Source: an uncultured Gemmatimonadaceae bacterium (lineage in GTDB: Bacteria; Gemmatimonadota; Gemmatimonadetes; Gemmatimonadales; Gemmatimonadaceae). From it: a stretch of 64,000 bases of DNA. A program made the translations under genes and the position numbers. The stretch is from positions 1,344,001-1,408,000 of the forward strand of contig CAVXGK010000002.1 of the NCBI GenBank assembly GCA_963761305.1, read 5' to 3'. The number at the start of each line of letters is the position of its first letter. Position 1 is the first letter of the stretch. The notes below the pieces were generated by a model. It saw nothing but the letters and a program-made list of their open reading frames with translations. It made no database searches and was not told where the DNA came from. This document shows positions 22,385 through 31,800 of the stretch, piece after piece.

Positions 22385-22863
22385 GCGATGCCGCCGTCTG
22401 GACTGGGCGACGATCGGAGCAGCAGGAGTTGGCGCACGGTCTCCACGAGACGCTTTTCGGCCAGAGGCTTCATCAGGAAGGCGTCGGCTCCGGCCTCGCT
22501 GGCGCGCAAATGAACGGCGAGGATGCTGAACACCAGGACGACCGTCGAATGGAGCAGCGGATCCGCCTTGATCGCGCGACACAGGGCGAGGCCGTCCAAG
22601 CGGGGTACGAGCACCTCGGTGATGACGATGTCCGGACGCAACGTGCGCGTGCGTTCCAGCGCTTTCGCGCCGTCGGCGGCAAAATCCACTTCGAACCCGG
22701 CTTCGTTCAGGAAAAACGACTCTAGCTCGCGAATGTCCGGATCGCGCTCGACGACGAGAATCAGGGCGCGACCGTGGCGATTGAGGGAAGCCTCGTCGCG
22801 CGGGATCGCGGCCTGCGGCGCCGGCGGGCGCGCTGGCGGCACGGCCTGGCTCGCTTTGATCAT
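22381..22863 (-). CDS. Single-domain response regulator (atypical receiver)
   Basis: ILVVERD, PDIVITEVLVPRLDG, GADAFLMKP; the usual phospho-Asp position reads Glu. Confidence 0.82.
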   Translation of the reverse strand: MIKASQAVPPARPPAPQAAIPRDEASLNRHGRALILVVERDPDIRELESFFLNEAGFEVDFAADGAKALERTRTLRPDIVITEVLVPRLDGLALCRAIKADPLLHSTVVLVFSILAVHLRASEAGADAFLMKPLAEKRLVETVRQLLLLRSSPSPDGGIA

Positions 22864-23098
22864 GATGTCAGGGTGCTCAGCGGCAAATGCCGTACCCAAC
22901 TGTTAGGGCGCGCGGCCCGTGCGCCAAAGCCGGCGCCGACATGGGTGCGGCGCCGAGGCGAGAATCGGCGAAAAAAACTACGGAGCGCGCCAGGCTTCGG
23001 CTAGCGCCGGTGCGGAGACCTGGAACGAGTGCGGGGGCGGTGTGCGGAGACCGGGAACGAGTGCGGTGGCGGGGTGCGGAGAACTGGTCCGCGCGACG

Positions 23099-23770
23099 TC
23101 ATTCTCGCATAGCCAGCGACGGCACCGCTATCAGAGTTGGAGACGGCCGCTCTTGAACCTGGCGCACGGCCACGAATCCATACGCCACCGCAAGCCCGAT
23201 CCAAGTCAGCGAATCGAGCCACAGCACGCCCGACAGGTTCGCCGCGAAGTGGATCGGCGCGGCGATCGTCGCCGTCACGGCGGCCCATCGCGGAATCAGC
23301 CGCGTGCGAATGAGCGCCGCGCCGAGCATGATGGCGCCCACGACGTGAAGTGTCGCCAGGATATCCAGCGCGATCATGATCGGGCTGTTCACGATGTGGG
23401 AATAGAGATCGATCATCGCCTGCGTCGGCGGCCCGGCGCGGGTGATTTCGACGGCGACCGGATCTCCAGCCAGCGGTCCGACGATGGCCATCCAGCCGAC
23501 GAGGGTGAGCACACCGCCGATGATCGCGAGCTTCGGTGAGCTGCGCACCAGTGCGCGCATGAGGGCGAGGGTTGCCGGAACAGCCAGGAGAATCCCCGCC
23601 AACACGAAAACGTCGGAGATCGTCGTCATCGACCCGTGGCCATCGATGGCCTTGAGGATCGCTCCCGCGTTGAGAAGACCGTACGCGGGATACAGAAGCC
23701 AGTAGGCGAGAATGAGCAGTGGAAACAGGACCAGGCTCACCGCCGACAGCACGTTCACCGTTCGCGTCAT
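23099..23770 (-). CDS. Multi-pass membrane protein (DUF4386-like)
   Basis: About 6 hydrophobic helices; LGAALIRTRLIPRWAA; GGAGG upstream of ATG. Confidence 0.65.
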   Translation of the reverse strand: MTRTVNVLSAVSLVLFPLLILAYWLLYPAYGLLNAGAILKAIDGHGSMTTISDVFVLAGILLAVPATLALMRALVRSSPKLAIIGGVLTLVGWMAIVGPLAGDPVAVEITRAGPPTQAMIDLYSHIVNSPIMIALDILATLHVVGAIMLGAALIRTRLIPRWAAVTATIAAPIHFAANLSGVLWLDSLTWIGLAVAYGFVAVRQVQERPSPTLIAVPSLAMRE

Positions 23771-23868
23771 CGCACGCCTCCCGAGACGCAGAAAGAATGC
23801 ACGGCTGGGGTTGTCGGGCAATGTTCGATCCAAAGCGGGTGCGGAGACGGAGACGGAGTGCGGAGACC

Positions 23869-24009
23869 TTAGCCGATGTAGATCAATCCCCCGATGAGCA
23901 ACGTGATGAAGAGCGCGATCGTCGCCGTCGACGGTTTGGCGTCGAGGCGGTCGAACGCCGGGGATGGCCGGCGCATACGTCGGTGCTGCGTAGCCAGTCG
24001 TCGTTCCAT
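23869..24009 (-). CDS. Small membrane peptide
   Basis: GGAGA upstream of ATG; C-terminal hydrophobic helix. Confidence 0.35.
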   Translation of the reverse strand: MERRLATQHRRMRRPSPAFDRLDAKPSTATIALFITLLIGGLIYIG

Positions 24010-24407
24010 TGTGTCTCCGGAGATCGTCGTACCGGCGAGGCGTGGCGGCATCCGTGGTGGGAGACGGGAGCGCCTACTGCCGGCGGGTTTTCGAGACCAA
24101 TAGTCCGGATCGTCGCGACGACGCGGCGATAGCGTCCCGAGGATCGCTACCGCGTAGTTAGAGAGCCGTGAAGGAACGCGGACGGAGTCGTTACGGGCGA
24201 GGGCTTGCCGACGTCTACGCGACCGGTGTTGGTACCCAGCCTGACGGCTCGGTATGTTCCGATAGGTGAGGGGCTCGGCGCAGCCATTGGCGGGACCGTC
24301 GCGAGCAAACCCTTTTACCTGGCGAGCGCCTCGTACGTTCGCCGCACAATCGCAAGGCGTTGAAAATCCGGCCGCGCGACGCGGTTCATCTCACCATTAC
24401 TATAAAA

Positions 24408-24569
24408 ATGCCCAAAAAACCGAACTACAATTTTGAGAAGCGGCGGAAGGAAATGGCGCGCAAGGAGAAGCAGGAAGAGAAACGCGCCCGGAAACGCGAG
24501 GCCGAGGAGCTCCCGGAGCCGAATGACAACTCGGTGCCGGGCGCGCCATCGAATCCACCGCCGGAGTAG
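24408..24569 (+). CDS. Small basic hypothetical protein
   Basis: MPKKPNYNFEKRRKEMARKEKQEEKR, a pattern common among small bacterial proteins. Confidence 0.6.
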   Translation: MPKKPNYNFEKRRKEMARKEKQEEKRARKREAEELPEPNDNSVPGAPSNPPPE

Positions 24570-24580
24570 AGCGTACCCCT

Positions 24581-24889
24581 TTACGACTTCTCGGGCGATT
24601 CGCCGGAGCTATCGGTCTCGGGGGGCTTCACGGCCGGACGACGCTGGGCCCAGTGGCGCGGGGCTTCGCGCGGACGCTCACGGTTGGCCACCATCTGCGC
24701 ATAGTAGGCGAGAATGCGCGGCTGAAGGTTGGCCGGCGCGTCGCCTTCCTGGGCGCGGAACGCCGCGTACCGATGCGACTCTCCGGTGATGCTGACCCAC
24801 CACCACAGTGAGTCCGGAGTCGCCGGAGAGGTCGCCGCTTCGCACGTGAACGTGCGATCGCCTTCCCGAAACTCCAGGGCCTGCACCAT
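24581..24889 (-). CDS. Hypothetical protein
   Basis: AAGGA upstream; FTCEAA.SPATP..LWWWV.....RYAAFR motif. Confidence 0.65.
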   Translation of the reverse strand: MVQALEFREGDRTFTCEAATSPATPDSLWWWVSITGESHRYAAFRAQEGDAPANLQPRILAYYAQMVANRERPREAPRHWAQRRPAVKPPETDSSGESPEKS

Positions 24890-25077
24890 TGGTTCCTTCG
24901 ACGGTTTCCTGGCACCCATCAACTCATCTCCATCAATCGAGGAATGACACGTGCCGGCCCTCGGACCGCAATCGCCAGCGTCCAACGATCGAGCGAGCAC
25001 ATCAGCCGAAATCGACGAGGGCTCCGAACGACGGGCGCCACGGTGATTCGGTTCGCGAGGGGGGAAGCGTGACCGAC

Positions 25078-25620
25078 TTACTCAATTAAAGATAGTCGAC
25101 TGCCAGGATCGGGGGGACGAATCGGGCGTCTTGGCGAAGAAATTCCAGCGGGATGAAGGATCCTCCAATTCCCTCTGGCCGCTCGTACCGGGACGGGGGC
25201 GGCCTCGCTTACGTAGTGCACCGAATCGACCCCCGGGGCGAGGAGATCGTCGATTGTCGAACGAAACACGTCGTGAACGACGGGAAACGCGAGCCACGCA
25301 ACGCGTCGCGGCAGCGCGAGGCCCGGCGCAAAACGCTCGTGTTGACTGCGGGACCACGCCATCAGCAACGGAACGTGCCGGGCCGACGCCTCCCCGATCA
25401 CGGTCTCGATGGTCGCCGCCGGTGCGTCCCAATCGCAGATCACCAACGCGGGCTGCGTCCGCATCACCGACAGCCAGGCCGGCTCCGACGTGAGCGGAAC
25501 AATGACCGCCAGCCGACAGTCGGCGACCATGTCGCGAACGAGATCCACGAACAGATTACTGCCGGATGCCACGAGCACTGACCCGCGGCTCACCGCGAAT
25601 CCATCGTCATACAGACTCAT
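25078..25620 (-). CDS. Degenerate receiver-like domain protein
   Basis: VLVAS...QPALVICDWD...HVPLLM...FPV pattern follows the receiver fold; divergent from the glucan synthase. Confidence 0.45.
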   Translation of the reverse strand: MSLYDDGFAVSRGSVLVASGSNLFVDLVRDMVADCRLAVIVPLTSEPAWLSVMRTQPALVICDWDAPAATIETVIGEASARHVPLLMAWSRSQHERFAPGLALPRRVAWLAFPVVHDVFRSTIDDLLAPGVDSVHYVSEAAPVPVRAARGNWRILHPAGISSPRRPIRPPDPGSRLSLIE

Positions 25621-25841
25621 CGGGCTCTCCCAGAAGCAAGAGGAGGCTGACCGAAACGGTCTCGAGAGTCCGGTGCGCGGCGCTGCCGCAAGAGACGCGG
25701 GAGGAACGGTGGAAACACCGCTCACAGTTCTTTAAAACTAGCCTCGGTCGCGTTGCGGCGCTCGGGTGTTCCGGGTAAGTTTATCGTTACGAGACACGCG
25801 CAGCGCGCGGTGACAAGTTCCGACAACCGGGGGCCTGCCGA

Positions 25842-28800
25842 TTGCGAGCGGGCCCTTCGTGCGTCGCGCCACTCGAGAGGGAGACGGGAATCGAACCTCG
25901 CACGCCGCACGATCCGCACGCGATGAGCGTCACGGCCGCCGAGGCGGCCGATCGGCGTCCGATGAAGGGAGCGTTGTTCGGCGCGGCGCGGCTCGCGTCG
26001 CACGCCCGGAAGTTGGCGCGCCGCCACGTCACGGTCCCATCGTCGCCGCCGCGGTGGATCGGCCGGCGCGATCGCGGCCCGTTGCTCTCTCGCCTCGACG
26101 CGACGGGCCGGGTCCTCATCGCCGCACGCGATACACTCGCCGAGGCGTCGGCCGCCGGCGCCGACGTGGGACCGGCCGGTGCGTGGCTGCTCGACAACTT
26201 CTTCATCGTCCTGGAGCAAATTCCCGAGATCCGGGCGACGCTTCCGGCCGCCTACTATAGAGAGCTTCCGAAGCTCGCCGGCGACGGGCCGCGCGCGGGA
26301 TTCCCGCGCATCTACGACGTGATCGAGGAGTTGATCGCCCACACGGACGGTCGTCTCGACGAAGGAAGCGTCTCGCGCATGATCGCCGAGTATCAGCGCG
26401 TCACGCCGCTCACGCTCGGCGAGCTCTGGGCGATTCCAGCCATGCTGCGCATGGGGTATCTCGAGAGCGTTCGCCGGATGGCACTGCGCGCCGCGCGCGA
26501 TGTGGCCGACCGTGCGTCAGCCGACGAATGGGTGTCGCGCCTGCTCGCCGCCACGCTCTCGGGCGACGTCACGAGCGGGCTATCGGCGTTCGTCCATCGC
26601 GGGCCCGACCTGAGCCCGGCGTTCCTCACGCGCTTCCTCCAGCAGATTCGCAGCCGGCGATCCGACTTCACTCCGCTGCTCTGGCTCGAGCAGTGGGTCG
26701 CCGAAGACGTGATGTCGGTGGAAGACGCCGCGCAGCGGTCGGTGCAGGAGCTGGCGCTCACGCAGTTGGTGATGGCGAACTCCATCGCCAGTTTGCGCCT
26801 CGTCACGAGCATCGACTGGATGGCGTTCGTCGAGGCGGCGAGTGCGACCGAGGCCGAGTTGCGCGAGGATCCTGCCGGGACGTACACCGCCATGACACGC
26901 GCGACGCGCGATCGATACAGGCACGCGGTGGAACGGATCGCCAAAGGTGCCAACGTCGACGAGCCGTCGATCGCTCAAGCTGCGGTTCAAGCCTCGCGCG
27001 ACGCGGCGTCCGGAGCGGACCCGCGTGCGCGACACGTCGGATATCACCTCGTCGGCGACGGCCGCTACGGCTTCGAGCGCGCATGCGGGTTCCGCGCCGA
27101 CGCCGCCACGCGTCTGCGCGAAAAAGTCCTCCAACATCCCGCTCGCTCGTACTTCGGCGGCGTGGCGATCGCCGTCGGGCTCGCGACTGCCGCGCTTGTC
27201 ACACCGTTGCACTTCGCCCAGCTCGGCGACCGCACCTTCGGCTGGCTCGCCGTGGTGGTGCTGCTCGTGTTGCTCCCCGCGGCCGACGCCGCGGTGGCGA
27301 TCGTTCACCAACTCGTAAATCTCTTCGTTCCCGCGTCACGACTTCCGCGCCTGGACTACGAGCGCGCCGTGCCCGAGGCCGATCGGACAGCCGTCGTGGT
27401 GCCCCTTCTCCTCGGCAGCGTCGACGCGGTGGCCGGGGCGATCAGCCATCTCGAAGTCCAGTACCTCGCCAACCGCGATCCCCAGATTCGCTTCGGGTTG
27501 CTCAGCGATCTGCTCGATTCGCCAACGGAGCGAGCGCCGGGTGACGAAGCGATCGTCGAGGCGGCTGTCGCCGGGATTCGCGCGCTGAATGCTGCGTACG
27601 GAAACCAGGACGGCGCCACGCCAAACGACGCTCCATTCTACCTGCTGCATCGGCCGCGCCGATGGAACGCGGCTGACGACGTGTGGATGGGGTGGGAACG
27701 AAAGCGCGGAAAACTCGTCGAGTTCAACGAGTTCATTCGCGGGTCGGCCGATCACGCGTTCGAGATCACTGAAGGCGACCTGCCGTGGCTGCGCGGCGTG
27801 CGCTACGTCATCACGCTCGACGCGGACACCGTCCTGCCGCGATCGGGTGCCGCGGCGCTGATCGGAACCCTCGCCCATCCGCTCAACCGCGCCGTGTACG
27901 ATCCAGCGGTCGGCCGTGTCGTGCGAGGCTATGGCATCCTGCAGCCGCGCGTGAGCGTGTCGCTCGCCAGCGCCAGCGAGTCACGGTTCGCCGCCATCTA
28001 CGCCGGACATCCGGGTCTGGATCCGTACACGACCGCCGTCTCCGACGTGTATCAGGACCTGTTCGGTGAAGGGACGTTCACGGGAAAAGGCATCTACGAC
28101 GTCGACGTGTTTCGTCGAGCCACCGACGGCCGCTTTCCCGACAACACCCTGTTGAGCCACGATCTGCTCGAGGGAACGTTCGTGCGCGCCGGGCTGGTGA
28201 CCGACGTCGAGGTTTTCGACGACTACCCGACGCGCTACCTCACGTCCACGCGCCGGACGCATCGATGGATCCGCGGCGACTGGCAACTGCTCCGCTGGTT
28301 GACGGCGCGCCTGCCAGGCCCTCCCGGTTCCAATCGCGATCCGCTCTCGTCGCTCTCGCGATGGAAGATTGCCGACAACATGCGCCGCAGCGCGACGCCG
28401 CTCGCGCAGTTCTCATTGTTCGTCGCCGGATTGTTGTTTCTTCCCGGATCGCCCGCCGCGTGGGTCGCCGTCGCGCTCGCAGCGTTCGGCACGCCGTGGC
28501 TTGTCCCGTTTTTCTTCGCCGCCATCCGTCCACCGCGCGGACAGGCGTGGCGCCCCTACTACGGTGCGCTGGCGCAAGACGGAACGCGCGCTCTTCAGCA
28601 GTTGGGTCTGGCGGTCGTGCTTCTTCCCGATCAGACCCTGCTCGCGGCGGACGCCATCACTCGGACGATCGGCCGCCTGGCGCGCGGCAAGCGCCGCCTG
28701 CTGGAGTGGCAGACGGCATCGCACACCGAGCAGACAACGGGCAATAGCAGATCGTCCGTGTGGCACCGCATGTGGCCGGCGGTGTTGTTGGGCGCGGCCA

Positions 28801-31800
28801 CCTTGGCCCTCGTCGCTTGGCGCGGGGCCCTCGATCCGGCGAGAGGAGTTCTCTGGTGGATCTTCGCCGGCGCATGGGCCGCTCTCGCGGTGGCCTGGTT
28901 GTTCGCCCCCGAGGTGGCCATCGCGCTCAGCAGCCCGCTCACTCGGCGCGATCTCGTGCTCGACGGCGACGAGCGCTCGGCCGCGTTGCGCTATGCGGCG
29001 CGCCATTGGCGCTACTTCGAGCGCTTCGTCACCGCGGACACGCATTGGCTGGCGCCCGACAATTTCCAGGAATCGCCCGAACCAATCATCGCCTCGCGCA
29101 CGTCGCCGACGAACATCGGATTGCAACTGCTCGCGACGGCCTCGGCCTGCGATCTGGGATTCCTCACGCGCGGAGAGATGGTCGAGCGTCTGGAGCGCGC
29201 GTTCGACTCGCTGGACCGGATGTCGCGCGTGCAAGGACATTTCTTCAATTGGTATTCCCTCGAGAATCTGCGCGTGCTCGAGCCGCCATACGTGTCGACG
29301 GTGGATTCCGGGAATCTGGCCGGCCATCTCATCGCGCTCGCCGAGGGGTGCGCCAGCATCGCCGGCGCGCCGGTGGACGACGGACGCATCTGGGCCGCGC
29401 TCGAGGCGGAAGGGGTGGCGCGCGGAGAGACCGGCGGCCCCTGGGTGGGTGAGCGCCTTCTCGCGTACCAGTCGGCAATGCTCGACCTCCGCCGACGCAC
29501 TCAGGTGAGCGCGACCGATTCGTCCAAGTCCGCCACGACGCTCTGGGCGCGGCAGCGCCTTGAAGCCGCCGCCGAGGAGCTCGCGCGGTTCGAGCTCGAT
29601 CCGGAAGGAGATACAGCCGCGTCTCTCCGCACGGTAGCGGCGACGTCGCCGGCGGCCGCCGCCCTGGTCGCCCGACTGGACGCGCTGGCGCGACGCGCGC
29701 GAGAGATGGCGGCGGCGATGGACTTCCGGCTCGTGTACGAACCGCAGCGACGACTCTTCGCGATCGGGTACGACGCGCGGTCGGGAACCCTCGATGACTC
29801 GCTCTACGATCTGCTCGCATCGGAGTCGCGGCTGGCGAGCTTCATCGCCATCTCGAAGAACGACGCCGACGTGGAACACTGGTTCCGTCTCGGCCGGTCG
29901 CTCACCGTGGCGGATGGAGCGGCGGCGCTCGTGTCGTGGAGCGGCACGATGTTTGAGTACCTCATGCCGTTGCTCGTCATGCCGCCGCGGCCGTTCTCGC
30001 TGCTCGATCAGACGTGCCATTCGGCGGTGGTGCGGCAGATCGCGTACGCCAATATGCGCGGCGTACCGTGGGGAATCTCCGAGTCGGCCTACAACGTTCG
30101 CGACCGGCACGACACCTATCAGTACCGCGCCTTCGGTGTGCCGGATCTCGCGCTCAAGCGCGGTCTGGCTTCGGATCTGGTCATCGCCCCGTATGCCACC
30201 GCGCTGGCATTGGCCGTCGATGCGCACGAGGCGTTGCGGAACTTCGCCGAGCTCGAACGGCGCGGCGCGCTTGGCGCGTACGGATTCTATGACGCGCTGG
30301 ACTACACGCGGGTGAATCCCGACGAGCGGGTGGCCACGGTCCGCACGTTCATGGCACATCACATTGGGATGAGTCTCGTCGCACTCGACAACGCGCTGAG
30401 CGTCGGCGAGACGGAAGCCGAAGGCATTTGGCAGCGGCGATTCATGACCGACGCCTCGGTTCGCGCCACGGCGTTGTTGCTGGACGAGCGCGTGCCGCGG
30501 CGATACGTGCCGCGACCGCCGCAGGCCGACGCGCCCACATCCACTCTCGAGGCCACGGCGCAGACGCGCATCGCGGTCCACGAAGTCGACACACCGCACA
30601 CAAGAGAGCCGCACGTCGCTCTGCTCGGCGGACCCGGCTACGGCGTCTTGCTCACGAATTCGGGCAGCGGCAACAGCCGATCGAGAGAGATCGACGTCTT
30701 GCGGTGGCGCGCCGACGCCACGCAGGACGACACCGGCCAGTGGATCTACATCAAAGATCTCACCGACGGCTCGCTGTGGTCCGCCGCGTATCAACCGGTC
30801 CGCGCGGAACCGACTCGGTACCGCGCGACGTTCGCCGCCGATCGAGTGATCTTCGCGCGGCGCGATGGACCAGTGGAGACGCGAACCGAAGTCGTCGTCG
30901 TCGCCAGCGAGCAGGCGGAGGTCCGCCGCGTCACGCTCCTCAATCGATCGTCCGTAGTGCGGGAGCTCGAGCTGACGAGTTACGGGGAGGTCGTGTTGTG
31001 TCCTCCCGGCGCCGACCGTGCCCACCCCGCGTTTCAGAAGCTCTTCGTTGAAACGGAGTGGGTGCCGGCGGCGGCACTGCTGGCGAGCCGTCGCTCCCGC
31101 GCCGCGGGGGAGACGTGGCCATGGTGCGTACACGTCGTCGCGTCGGGCGCCGAACGAGTCGGCGAGGTGACCTGCGAGACCGATCGCGAACGCTTCCTCG
31201 GCCGCGGCCGAACCGTTCACACACCGCACGCTCTCGACGACGGCGTGCAACTGTCCGGTAGCACCGGCGCCGTCCTCGATCCCATCGTCGCTCTGCGCGT
31301 TCGGCTCCGCGTCGCACCGGGCCGTTCGGCCACCGTCGCGTTCACCACGGCCGTGGCGCCCACGCGTGAAGCCGCGCTGCACGTCGCCGATCGCTATCGC
31401 GACGTTGCCGCTTCCGAGCGCGCCTCGAGCCTCGCGCGAACCGAGGCCGAGGTGGAAGTGCGCGACCTCGACATCGAGCCGGCCGACCTCGCGCTCTACC
31501 AAGAGTTGGCGGGCGCGCTCGTCTACCCGCACGAGGCGCTTCGCGCGCCGGCCAGCGAACGAGCCGCCGTGACGCTCGGGCAGCAGGCGCTCTGGGCTCA
31601 AGGCATCTCCGGCGATTGGCCGATCGTGTTGGCGACGATTCGCGCCGTGGCCGGTGTGGCCAGCGTCCGGCAACTGCTCGCCGCACACAGGTACTGGAGA
31701 ACGAAGGGGATCCGAGCGGATCTCGTGATCCTGAACGCGAAACCGCATTCGTACGCGCAGGAGCTGCACGATCAGTTGATGACGATCGCCATGTCCGGCG

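Noticed and set aside
24110..24400. Structured ncRNA or riboswitch in the intergenic gap
   Set aside because: Only an imperfect GC-rich hairpin near 24126-24153; no recognisable family motif, and an Infernal/Rfam search would be needed
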